From: an uncultured Candidatus Binatia bacterium
Lineage (GTDB): Bacteria > Desulfobacterota > Binatia > UBA9968 > CAXXLF01
Length of the DNA: 64,000 nt
Direction of reading: 5' to 3'
NCBI GenBank assembly: GCA_965218425.1
Contig: OZ244621.1
Span: 3,392,001-3,456,000, forward strand
Shown in pieces: positions 40,671-50,004 of this stretch. Position numbers and translations under genes: made by a program. Each line of letters opens with the position of its first letter. Position 1 is the stretch's first letter. A model generated the notes under the pieces. It was given only the letters and a program-made list of their open reading frames with translations, was not told the DNA's origin and searched no databases.

Positions 40671-41195
40671 TTAGAAAAAGATGGAGAGGTTTCTTGATCC
40701 AATGACGGCTTGATCGAGCAGGATGGTTCTTTGGGCCAATCGCCAGTGACCCTTGACGGATCTAAGCAAGTCCTCACGTTTCCCGCTGAATATGTCCCCT
40801 TCTGGGGCATTGCCTCTATTGCGGTAAACCAAGATATAACTACTAACGTTGAACTCGTTGGGATTGGATGTGGCGCCCACCCGAACGTTGGATACTAGAT
40901 GACGTGTTCTTGAGGGTGGATCCTCTGCCCAGGCATAATCGGTAGCCAATCGATCAATGCGCAACCGTAACGAAGGAAGGTCATCGCAGAATATTTCAGT
41001 TTCATAGGAATGATCGGGTCGGATATTCCGTCCAGTGTTGACTCGCATGGGCATGCGGTAAAGTAAGTCCTCGGTCATGAGCTCCAACCAGTTTGAGAAG
41101 TGACCTTCATCGATGAGTTCAGCCTCTCTGTATAAGAAATCCACGATTTCACAATAGCGCGGGTCGTTGTGGCCTATGGTCTTCGCTTCGTCCAT
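40671..41195 (-). CDS. Aromatic ring-hydroxylating dioxygenase beta subunit
   Basis: FLYREAELID, WAEDPPSRTRHLVSNV, REDLLR, NLSIFF. Confidence 0.93.
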   Translation of the reverse strand: MDEAKTIGHNDPRYCEIVDFLYREAELIDEGHFSNWLELMTEDLLYRMPMRVNTGRNIRPDHSYETEIFCDDLPSLRLRIDRLATDYAWAEDPPSRTRHLVSNVRVGATSNPNEFNVSSYILVYRNRGNAPEGDIFSGKREDLLRSVKGHWRLAQRTILLDQAVIGSRNLSIFF

Positions 41196-41240
41196 TCAAA
41201 TATTACCTTCCATTGATTCCTAGGGATAAGCGGAGAGTTA

Positions 41241-42530
41241 TTACTTCCGGGTCATGAGCTCCAGCCAGCGGTCGAACATGGAGCGTTCGTTTGCTTCGAT
41301 CCAAGAGGTTGGATAGGCAGTGCCAGGTCCCGGCCAATCCTTTAGCGGTTCAACGGTTCCCAATCCCATCCCGTAATGGAAGAAATGGTTACGCGCGATG
41401 GGCCCTCGGTTTGCATGAGTGATATCCGCCCAGGTTTCCGTATCGTCTTGTTCCGTGGTGCCCGCCATGCCAAAGGTTTGGAGGTAGGCCCGTCTCGAAG
41501 CCTCCTTGCACTGAGCTGGGATGTCTCTCTCAATAAGGCACCATGACCAGATCTCAATCTTATCCGGCCCCTTGGGTTGCCATTGGCGGAGCGTGAAATA
41601 GGAAGTGAACTGCTCTTCACGGGACCTTGATCCGGCGGGATGCACAAAGCTCAAGTTAGGAAAGACGGTTCCATGGGCGTTCCTCAGGGGCTTCAGCACC
41701 TCTATCTGCCCTTTGGTGAGATGGCGCTCAAGCTGTGCTTGGAGTTCCTTTGGCAAACCAAAGTACGGTTCACTGGTTGCTCCAGGGGCTGGATGGGTCA
41801 AGCCCAACCCGTGACCGTTTTCCGTGTGCACCTGATAACCCTGTGGTGAGACAGGGGTGCCTCCAAGTTCGATCCGGTATTGGTGAGTGATATGGACGTG
41901 GTAGGCGTCCCCAATAAAATTGCCGGAACCGAATTTCCAATTTGTGTCTACCAACCACCTCTGGGGAGGTCCCACCACATCCACGCCACCGTCCGTGCGA
42001 TCCACAAACAGATCAAGATACCATTTCATACCACCCAGGTAATCGCTGAGGGAAGTCGCCGCTCCATCCCAGGTCGCGAAAATCATTCCCTTGTAAGTGT
42101 CAACCTGAGGGGCTTGGTAAAGACCCAGCCCTTCGAGATCCAATCCCCCCGGATAGGCCTGCTTGTATGCCGGTACCCCCATCAGTTCTCCGGTGTTCTT
42201 GTAAGTCCAACCGTGGTACGGGCAGCGGAATTCAGTGGCCTGGCCAAAATCAACCTGACAAACCGTGCGCCCGCGGTGCCTGCATGTGTTTAACAAGACA
42301 TGCACTTTCCCATCTGCGCCACGGGTCGCTATGACGGGTTCTTCCCCCATGGACCGGGTTACAAAATCTCCAGGACTGGAAATCTCTGACTCGTGGGCTA
42401 CATAGAGCCAACACCGAGAGAAGATGCGCTCGAGCTCCTGTTGGTATATTTCGGGATCTGAGAAGATCAACCGGCTCACTTCCCCATCCTGGGGTCGAAC
42501 CAGCTTACGTAGGTCGCGTGCGTCTGCCAC
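41241..42530 (-). CDS. Aromatic ring-hydroxylating dioxygenase alpha subunit 1
   Basis: Rieske CRHRG...CPYHGW; NWK..NFIGDAYHVHITH; EQDDTETW. Confidence 0.94.
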   Translation of the reverse strand: MADARDLRKLVRPQDGEVSRLIFSDPEIYQQELERIFSRCWLYVAHESEISSPGDFVTRSMGEEPVIATRGADGKVHVLLNTCRHRGRTVCQVDFGQATEFRCPYHGWTYKNTGELMGVPAYKQAYPGGLDLEGLGLYQAPQVDTYKGMIFATWDGAATSLSDYLGGMKWYLDLFVDRTDGGVDVVGPPQRWLVDTNWKFGSGNFIGDAYHVHITHQYRIELGGTPVSPQGYQVHTENGHGLGLTHPAPGATSEPYFGLPKELQAQLERHLTKGQIEVLKPLRNAHGTVFPNLSFVHPAGSRSREEQFTSYFTLRQWQPKGPDKIEIWSWCLIERDIPAQCKEASRRAYLQTFGMAGTTEQDDTETWADITHANRGPIARNHFFHYGMGLGTVEPLKDWPGPGTAYPTSWIEANERSMFDRWLELMTRK

Positions 42531-42814
42531 TAGAACCCTCCTTTTCGGTCTGGCAATACCATGGGGTCAGGACCGGGTCAAGGAGCATGAAAAGGAGTGT
42601 TGGACTCTATGCTTATAAGCCATTTGAGAGCCCTTAATTAGATGGAATACAAGGAACTGCATCGAGCTTGGACCTCTTATGGCTGTCCTTGACGAAAGCA
42701 GAGTCGCCGTAATATTGTTGCGGTCAAATTACTGAGCCACAAATGGATTATGAGGGAGGCGACCTTTAAGTTGTGTGATGGGCCAAACATTCTTAGAAAT
42801 TAAAAGGAACAAGG

Positions 42815-43351
42815 ATGGAAAGAGAAAAAATCAAGGAGACGGAGCCTGGCCACCTTGACCGAGGAGAGCACTATGAGGAGACCCTCCGACTCTCCGCGGC
42901 CTTAAGGGAGCGTGCGAAAACCGGTAAAATCGTTTTAAGAGGTAAAGATATTCCCTGGCGCCAGAATAGGCAGGCCTTGCTCAAGATGTTCCTGTCCTTC
43001 CACGACATCCCTGATACGGCCGCAACGGATTGGATCTGCTTCATTCATGACATCAAGGTCCATTCAGGCAAGCACCGCCACCAGGGAGGGATTCAGTTGT
43101 TTGTCCTGGAAGGCGAGGGATACACCGTGGTGGACGGGGAGAGATGTGACTGGGAAAAATGGGATCTGATTGTATTGCCGGTGAAACCCAACGGGTGTGA
43201 ACACCAGCATTTTAATAAAGTGCCAGGGAAAGCAGCTAAGTGGATGGCCTTCCAGTATTATACCTACATGCAGGTTTTGGGCCATATGTTCGAGCAGGTG
43301 GAAGATTCACCCGACTGGAAAGGGGAAAAGCTCAACGAGCTAAAACGGTAG
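42815..43351 (+). CDS. Cupin domain protein, paralog C
   Basis: WRQNRQAL, SGKHRHQGG, CEHQHFN, EQVEDSPDWKG shared with A and B. Confidence 0.88.
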   Translation: MEREKIKETEPGHLDRGEHYEETLRLSAALRERAKTGKIVLRGKDIPWRQNRQALLKMFLSFHDIPDTAATDWICFIHDIKVHSGKHRHQGGIQLFVLEGEGYTVVDGERCDWEKWDLIVLPVKPNGCEHQHFNKVPGKAAKWMAFQYYTYMQVLGHMFEQVEDSPDWKGEKLNELKR

Positions 43352-43478
43352 CGAAACTGGGTGAGTGGTGATTGGTCGGTTGGATTAGCCGGGCCGGAAG
43401 GCGGTTGACAACCTTCTGGCGGCGGCTTATTCTCAGCCCAACCTGGCTGTATACCGTTTCAAGAAAGGGGACGATAAA

Positions 43479-44609
43479 ATGCCTACCATTGATGCCGACG
43501 GACATGTGATGGAGCCGGAGTCCATGTTTGAAAGCCTGCCAAAGGAATTTTACCCGCGAAGACCCATTCCCGTATTCTTGCCGCCGGATACGGTGCGAGG
43601 TGATTTTAACGGCTGCTGGATCATCGAAGGGAAAACCCACCCAACCATTGGCGCCCGCGGGCGTACGACCTTTCCCCTGCCGGGAGTGAACACATCGAAG
43701 AACAGCATTGTGAGCATCGGATCCCAGACCTTGGCTGATGTGGAAGCGCGAATGGCGGACCTTGATAAATTCAACATCGATATCCAGATCATATTCCCCA
43801 CCATGTTCCTTGTCTCCACGGCCGAGGATGTGAAGTTGGAGGGAGCTCTATTCCAAGCGTACAATACTTACCTTGGCGCGGCCTGTGCAAGGTCCAAGGG
43901 TCGTTTAAGGTGGGCTGCCCCTATTCCATTTCGTGATCCCGAGGCTGCCATTGCGGAAATGGAGAGAGCTTGCGAACTCGGCGCCGCGGGGATTTTTACC
44001 ATGGGCATGGTTTGGGATCGGACTCTGGACGATCCGGCTTTCTTTCCCATCTACGAGAGAGCAGTGGCGCTTGATATCCCCATATGCGTACATTTGGGAT
44101 GGGCTTCTCCTCCGGTGACAAACCTGTTTAGCGATGGCCGCGCCTTCTTCTGCTCGGCCACCATTCCTGTAATCTGGGCCTTCGTTTCGGTGATGAGTTC
44201 TGGTTTGCTCTCCCGGTTTCCTAAGCTTCGCGTGGGCTTTCTTGAAACGGGATCCATGTGGGTGCCTTACGCGATCCAGCAGTTGCGCCGGCGGGAGAAG
44301 CCCTTGACGGTTATCCGCGGCCAGGGCCGCCCAAGTTCTGCCAGCGGGCTAAACCTCGAATACTACCGGGACCCGGAGGAGTTCTTTCGCAATGGGCGCG
44401 CCTTTGTAAACTGTGAGGGTGACGAGGACTTCGACTATCTACTGAAGCATCTAGGCGAAGATGCACTCATGTGTTCTTCAGATTTTCCCCATGGAGACGC
44501 ATCAGGAGAGGAAACCTACGTAAGGCACTGGCACGAGCGGACCGATTTACAGGATCGGGTAAAACAAAAAGCATTGGGAGGGAATGCAGCCCGGTTTTTT
44601 CGTTTGTAG
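43479..44609 (+). CDS. Amidohydrolase family 2 protein, paralog 3
   Basis: MPTIDADGH, CVHLGW, SSDFPHGD; collinear with paralogs 1 and 2. Confidence 0.92.
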   Translation: MPTIDADGHVMEPESMFESLPKEFYPRRPIPVFLPPDTVRGDFNGCWIIEGKTHPTIGARGRTTFPLPGVNTSKNSIVSIGSQTLADVEARMADLDKFNIDIQIIFPTMFLVSTAEDVKLEGALFQAYNTYLGAACARSKGRLRWAAPIPFRDPEAAIAEMERACELGAAGIFTMGMVWDRTLDDPAFFPIYERAVALDIPICVHLGWASPPVTNLFSDGRAFFCSATIPVIWAFVSVMSSGLLSRFPKLRVGFLETGSMWVPYAIQQLRRREKPLTVIRGQGRPSSASGLNLEYYRDPEEFFRNGRAFVNCEGDEDFDYLLKHLGEDALMCSSDFPHGDASGEETYVRHWHERTDLQDRVKQKALGGNAARFFRL

Positions 44610-44628
44610 ATTGTAGGAGGTTAAGATC

Positions 44629-45618
44629 ATGCCGAGCATCGATGTCCACTGCCACACGCTGCCGCTGCCGCTGATAGACGCGTTAAAACAGGTGGCCAAG
44701 GGAAATACGCCCCAAGCTAAAAGCGCATCCTATTATCTGCAACGCCCCGAGACCCTTAACGATCCACAGTTTATAGGGGCTTTGGACGAAAGGATCGGCA
44801 TCATGGATGGAGCCGGGGTGGACGTTGAGATTGTCTCTACACCCTTGCCCATAGGGACGTATTTCGCGGACCTCAGCCAAAGGGGAGCCGTAACCCAGGC
44901 CGTCAATGACGTATTCACATCCGCCTCGCAACGCCATCCGACTCGCTATCGTTTTTTCGCGACCCTTCCGCTGCCGGACGTCCCCGCAAGTATCAAGGAG
45001 TTTCGCCGCGTGTTGGGTTTGCCCGGTTTTGCGGGTGTCATCGTACCCACCAACTTTGGAATACCCTTTAACGATCCGGCCCTTGAGGACCTTTATGCCG
45101 AGATGGCCAAGGCCAAGTCTCTATTGTTCATTCATCCATGCCGAATGGAACATCTGGGGCGCTATGCGAATCTGGGCATGGAGACCATGCTGGGCTGGCC
45201 TTCGGAAGATACCCTAGCCGTAATGGAACTCATACTGGGAGGAGTGGTTGAGCGTCATACAGGGCTTACTGTCATTGCGCCCCATGTGGGTGGAACGGTT
45301 TTATATTTAGTCGGACGAATTGATCATACCTATAACCATTGGCCCGCTTCTCAGAAGACGATCTCGGAGGCTCCCAGCGTTTATCTCAAGCGTATGTATT
45401 ACGACTCCGTTTGTGATTCGCATCCTACTTTGAATCTGGCTCGTAGCGTGGTGGGGGCCGATCATCTTGTGCTTGGTTCGGACTTTCCCTTCTGGTACCG
45501 GAACAAAATGGGTGATTGTCTTCAGGTTATCAATACCCTGAATTGGTCTGAGGAAGAGCTGGAGCTTGTCCGTGGCGGCAACATGGTGCGGCTGTTGCGC
45601 GAACAGGGCCGGTGGTGA
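44629..45618 (+). CDS. Amidohydrolase family 2 protein, ACMSD/6-methylsalicylate decarboxylase-like
   Basis: IDVHCH, LFIHP, PHVGG, YYDS, LGSDFPF. Confidence 0.85.
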   Translation: MPSIDVHCHTLPLPLIDALKQVAKGNTPQAKSASYYLQRPETLNDPQFIGALDERIGIMDGAGVDVEIVSTPLPIGTYFADLSQRGAVTQAVNDVFTSASQRHPTRYRFFATLPLPDVPASIKEFRRVLGLPGFAGVIVPTNFGIPFNDPALEDLYAEMAKAKSLLFIHPCRMEHLGRYANLGMETMLGWPSEDTLAVMELILGGVVERHTGLTVIAPHVGGTVLYLVGRIDHTYNHWPASQKTISEAPSVYLKRMYYDSVCDSHPTLNLARSVVGADHLVLGSDFPFWYRNKMGDCLQVINTLNWSEEELELVRGGNMVRLLREQGRW

Positions 45619-45644
45619 TCTTCGACCCAGGAGGAGGACTCTAA

Positions 45645-46595
45645 ATGGCGCGGTTATCCTTGGTCATGTCTTGTTCCCATTCTCCATTTCTCTATACGCC
45701 ACCGGAAAAATGGAATGATATCAGAGACAGGAGACCCGTCCGACAGGACGTTCCCCACGACTCTGAGGCGACGAACCTGGAAAAATTTCAACGATGCATG
45801 AAAGCATTCGCCACGCTCAGGTCAAAGTTGGAAGAAGTTCGACCCGATGTCCTGGTGATATTTGGCGATGACCAGCAGGAAATCTTCGATTTTAATAATA
45901 TGCCCGCCCTGGGAATCTACCTGGGCGAGGAATTCGAGGGCTACAGAACCCAAGCGGCCTCAGTTCCCACCGTGCCTGGAGCGCCCAGAGAGAAAAAACC
46001 TAAAACGCCCGAGCATTGGGTCAAGCTGAAGGGCCATCCGGAGCTTGCAAAAGAGTTGCTGGCTGGACTCATGGACGAGGGTTTCGATCTTGCCTTTTCA
46101 GTGGCTCTGCCGAACAAGGAAAGGGGCATGGGGCACGCGTTTATGCGACCTGCGCACTATTTGACGCCAAATTATAATATCCCGATCGTTCCCATCTTTG
46201 TGAACTGTTACTACCCGCCCCTGCCGTCGGCAAGGCGGTGTTATCAGTTAGGAAAAGCCATGAGAGAACTGATCTATGGGTCGTCCCTGGATCTCAACGT
46301 AGCCGTATTGGGCTCCGGGGGGCTATGGCACACCCCGGGGGCGAAGGATGCCTACCTGAATGAAGAGTTCGATCAGGGGTCCCTGGATGCCGTGAAGGTA
46401 GGCGACGCTCGAAAGTTTGCAGATTATTTCGATAATGCGAGGCCCCTTGGAGGGAAGGGCAGTGGAACCGGGGAGACTCGGAATTGGATTGCTGCGGCTG
46501 GGGTCGCCGACGGTATCCCGGGTAAAATCGTGGATTACGTCCCGGTATACGCATCGCCTTGCGGGATGGGATTTGCCTACTGGGAAAACGCCTAG
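45645..46595 (+). CDS. Class III extradiol ring-cleavage dioxygenase, LigB/DesZ-like
   Basis: SHSP, GDDQQE, HAF, VNCYYPP...RRCYQLG, SGGLWH, GTGETRNWI, DYVP. Confidence 0.85.
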   Translation: MARLSLVMSCSHSPFLYTPPEKWNDIRDRRPVRQDVPHDSEATNLEKFQRCMKAFATLRSKLEEVRPDVLVIFGDDQQEIFDFNNMPALGIYLGEEFEGYRTQAASVPTVPGAPREKKPKTPEHWVKLKGHPELAKELLAGLMDEGFDLAFSVALPNKERGMGHAFMRPAHYLTPNYNIPIVPIFVNCYYPPLPSARRCYQLGKAMRELIYGSSLDLNVAVLGSGGLWHTPGAKDAYLNEEFDQGSLDAVKVGDARKFADYFDNARPLGGKGSGTGETRNWIAAAGVADGIPGKIVDYVPVYASPCGMGFAYWENA

Positions 46596-46629
46596 ATCGT
46601 AAACGATGAGCAACTGTACACGCGGTTTA

Positions 46630-47853
46630 TCATTCGCGGTTGGAAACCTGATGCGATAGAAATACCTCCCGTCGTTCCCGTGCCGATTCCAGTATGGCGA
46701 GGCAAACTTCAAGGGTTGCCTTTTCCCATCGGCCATCACGAAGGGGAGGGCGGTTGCTTGCCACTGCCTCGTAGAATTCATGAATGACGCTTGTCTCCGT
46801 TCCCTGGGCCTTTGCTATGGGGATCTCCCGCTTACCGTCATCGCCGTAGACCAAGATGCCGTCTGGAGACTGTCGCAAGTCTCCCTTTTCGCAGCTCACG
46901 ATCATAACGCCCCAATGATTGTGATGTGCAGGGGGATTCTCGGTGCGTGCAAACCGTTGTCTCTTGCGGGTTCCACCGTAGCCGTATGAGGCTTTGAGCG
47001 CCGCTTCCTCCTCGGGGGTCTTTGCCGTCTGGCTCAGAGATTTTCTAGCTCTACCGTGATGGTCGGGCTCTTTGGGTTGTCCATAGGTCCCAATCCACCA
47101 ATGAAATTCGTCCGTATCGAAGTGGTCGTACCCGTTGTAGATAATCGTTGCAGGAACTCCGTCGGTAGATTCAAGATAGGCAACAAAGCTACCCTCGGAA
47201 CGCCGTTCAGGGTCCCAGACCCCTGTCATGGCCCTTACGCTTCGGATGAGGCCCCCCACGAGGATCCGCACCATGTCAATTTGGTGAGGGCCTTGATTGA
47301 AGATTACCCCACCGCCGAGGCTGGTATCCAGCTCTTGCGGAGTTCGGGGACGGTAGAGAAAGTCACTGTAGAGCCACGAGTGAATCATTCCCAGGCGACC
47401 CAGTTCGCCGCTCCGCACCGTTTCACGCATCCTGAGGACAGGCAAATCGAATCCATGAGACCCGCGCCCCACAAGGAGTTGAACGCCATGTTCCTCGGCT
47501 GCTTGAATCATCGTATCGCAATCTTCGAGGTTGAGGGCCATGGGTTTTTCTAGGATCACATGCTTGCCTTGTTCCAAGGCCATCAGGGAGTGTTGGGCAT
47601 GAAATTGATGGGGCGTGGCCACATAGACGGCATCGACGTTTGGGTCCCCGCAGAGATCTTCAACACGGTGGTAGACCTTTCCACCAAACTCAGATGAAAA
47701 TTTGTCCAGGGCCTCTTGCCTGAGGTCGGCGGCTGCTGTGAGTTGACTATGAGGATGGGCAACTATCTCAGGAATGGTGGAAGCGGCGGCCTGGCCCAAT
47801 CCAGCGATACCGAATCGAAGCGTTGGGGCTCGTGTTTGCTTCTGAGAAGCCAT
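46630..47853 (-). CDS. Gfo/Idh/MocA oxidoreductase, phthalate 4,5-cis-dihydrodiol dehydrogenase (Pht4/OphB)-like
   Basis: GIAGLG, TPHQFH, EKPMAL, DFLYRPR..EL..GGGVIFNQGPHQID, YNGYDHFDTDE, ATLEVCLAILES. Confidence 0.85.
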   Translation of the reverse strand: MASQKQTRAPTLRFGIAGLGQAAASTIPEIVAHPHSQLTAAADLRQEALDKFSSEFGGKVYHRVEDLCGDPNVDAVYVATPHQFHAQHSLMALEQGKHVILEKPMALNLEDCDTMIQAAEEHGVQLLVGRGSHGFDLPVLRMRETVRSGELGRLGMIHSWLYSDFLYRPRTPQELDTSLGGGVIFNQGPHQIDMVRILVGGLIRSVRAMTGVWDPERRSEGSFVAYLESTDGVPATIIYNGYDHFDTDEFHWWIGTYGQPKEPDHHGRARKSLSQTAKTPEEEAALKASYGYGGTRKRQRFARTENPPAHHNHWGVMIVSCEKGDLRQSPDGILVYGDDGKREIPIAKAQGTETSVIHEFYEAVASNRPPLRDGRWEKATLEVCLAILESARERREVFLSHQVSNRE

Positions 47854-47900
47854 GGATTTGTGCTGTCGGATGGCGGTGAGGCTAGCGTCGGGTGCAAACT

Positions 47901-48446
47901 TTAGAAAAAGACGGTAACGTTTTTTGCCAGGAGTACGTTTTGATCAAGGACGATCTTTCGTTGGGCGATTTTCCACTGATGGTCCACTTTTCGGAGCACA
48001 TCCTCCCGCTTCCCAATAAACAAATCGGTTTCGTCCTGAAGCCGATTACGGTAGACCAGCATCCGGCTTTTGACGGTAACCTCTGACGGAGTGGAGTTCA
48101 CGATTTGTACATTGGATACCATGTGACAGATTCGTGACAGCGGCTCCTCCGCCCAATGCTGACCGGTTTTGATCTGGTCCACACGCGACCTGAGAGTCGC
48201 CTTGCCTTCGTCGAACCATGAGATGCCATCGACATGGCTGGTGTTCTCCCGCCGTCGCTCCTCGAAGGGGACGTTCTGCCTGAGCGGCATCCAGTAGTGC
48301 GCGTCGTCAGTGAAAAGGTCGAGCCATTGATCGAAGCACCGCTCATCGAGTAGTTCCGCCTCCGCATAGAGGAACTCCGAGATCTCTTGGGTAAGTAAAA
48401 CGCGATCGAGGGCTTGCGCATGAGGGGTCTTTGATTCCGTGACCAT
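47901..48446 (-). CDS. Aromatic ring-hydroxylating dioxygenase beta subunit
   Basis: FLYAEAELLDER, WAEEPLSR, YRNRLQDE, REDVLR, NVTVFF; start re-assigned to MVTESK. Confidence 0.92.
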   Translation of the reverse strand: MVTESKTPHAQALDRVLLTQEISEFLYAEAELLDERCFDQWLDLFTDDAHYWMPLRQNVPFEERRRENTSHVDGISWFDEGKATLRSRVDQIKTGQHWAEEPLSRICHMVSNVQIVNSTPSEVTVKSRMLVYRNRLQDETDLFIGKREDVLRKVDHQWKIAQRKIVLDQNVLLAKNVTVFF

Positions 48447-48447
48447 G

Positions 48448-49797
48448 TTACCCTTTGGCGCTTTTCCCGTTCTTCGGGTAAACATCATCCCAACTCTTCG
48501 CCTGCATGAACTCGGCCCAGCGCTTGAAACGATTTCTCTGGTTTTCCTCCGAGAGTACCTGAGTGACCCGTCCCGGAATCGGTAGGTCCAGGGGAGCATT
48601 GCCAACGCCCATCTGGTAGTTGTAGGGGTGTCGGCGCGCGATGGTCCCCTTGCTGGCGGCATATGCGTAGTTCCAGTTTTCCATGTCGTCCTGTTCGGTC
48701 ATTCCCGCCGGCCCCGAATATCGCATTAAGTAGCGGCGTATGGCATCCCTGACCTCTTGAGGGGTATCCTTGTCCACAAGGTAAAAGCGCCATGCTTCTG
48801 TCATCTCGGGCCCACGCGGATGCCAAATCACTATGGTGCGTCTAATTCCCGCAGCGTAGGAGGCGTTGGGAAAAAAAGTGGCCGCACCAACGTCCATGCG
48901 CAGTGGTATGGAAAGGTTCTTCCGATGCTTCTCGTAGGCTTGCTTGAAATAGTCATCCACCGTCTGGAGGGATCCCCATGTGGGCGTATAGGGGGAGTCC
49001 GCCTGGTACACAGTGACATGGGCGCCGTGGCCCAAGCCGGGAATGGATACCTCCAATCTCTTTTCGCCAGGGCGAGGGACACCATGGCGATCGCCTTTGC
49101 CCTGAGGGCCATAGGCCGCCACATGGGTTGATCGGTGGCTGACATCGTGTGCGGCGTCGCCTCCAAAGCTGGTTGCCGGGAACTTCCAATTGCAGGGCAT
49201 ACGCCATTTGTGGACGCCGTCGAGGACCTGGGCACCGCCTTCTCTACCGTCGAAACAATCAAAAAGCGTATCCAGGTAAATTTTAAAATCACCGAGGTAA
49301 TCCGAAAATGAAGGAGCGTCCTTATCCCAAGTGGCCCAAATGGACCCTTTGTAGTTCTCCAGTTGGGCAACCTCGATGAGTCCCCATCGGGCTCGGTCCA
49401 GTCCATCGTTGTAACCTTCTTTGAACCTGGGCACACCGACTAGTTTCCCTTCAGTATCGTAACTCCAACCATGAAACGGGCAAGTAAAATGAACCGTATT
49501 GCCTTGATCGTAACGACACACCTTCATGCCGCGGTGACGACAGGTGTTCAGAAAGACATGAATTTTTTGCTGCTGGTCCCGCACAAGGATCACGGACTCT
49601 TCACCCATACAGGAAACGAAGTAATCGCCTGGACCGGGAATTTGACTCTCGTGGCCTACAAAGAGCCAGGCACGGGCAAAGATTTGCTCCTGCTCCCGCT
49701 CGTAGATCTCCCTGTTGACGAAAACCTCTCTGCTGATCAATCCGTTATCCAGATCGACAAGACTTCTCAGTGACTGCTGTCCTATGGTTATGTCCAT
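48448..49797 (-). CDS. Aromatic ring-hydroxylating dioxygenase alpha subunit 2
   Basis: CRHRG...CPFHGW; NWKFPATSFGGDAAHDVSH; EQDDMENW. Confidence 0.93.
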   Translation of the reverse strand: MDITIGQQSLRSLVDLDNGLISREVFVNREIYEREQEQIFARAWLFVGHESQIPGPGDYFVSCMGEESVILVRDQQQKIHVFLNTCRHRGMKVCRYDQGNTVHFTCPFHGWSYDTEGKLVGVPRFKEGYNDGLDRARWGLIEVAQLENYKGSIWATWDKDAPSFSDYLGDFKIYLDTLFDCFDGREGGAQVLDGVHKWRMPCNWKFPATSFGGDAAHDVSHRSTHVAAYGPQGKGDRHGVPRPGEKRLEVSIPGLGHGAHVTVYQADSPYTPTWGSLQTVDDYFKQAYEKHRKNLSIPLRMDVGAATFFPNASYAAGIRRTIVIWHPRGPEMTEAWRFYLVDKDTPQEVRDAIRRYLMRYSGPAGMTEQDDMENWNYAYAASKGTIARRHPYNYQMGVGNAPLDLPIPGRVTQVLSEENQRNRFKRWAEFMQAKSWDDVYPKNGKSAKG

Positions 49798-50004
49798 GTT
49801 TTCGGTTGCTTGCTGGGTTGGTATTTGCAGTATACAAAAACGCTTATTTTGTCAAACTGAGACGAAGCCAACCCAATGAATCCCGTTGCGCCAGAGCGAC
49901 CCGCAATGGATGGAAACATGTAATAGGAGTTGAATTACAGCAATAAGGCAGTTAGCAAATGCGGTGACGGTGAGGGGATAAAAATACCACAGGAGGAAGT
50001 TTTT

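Noticed and set aside
40652..40810. N-terminal extensions in the ORF track (also 48447-48662, 29724-29816, 20499-20633)
   Set aside because: They overlap neighbouring genes or lack homology; downstream starts fit better
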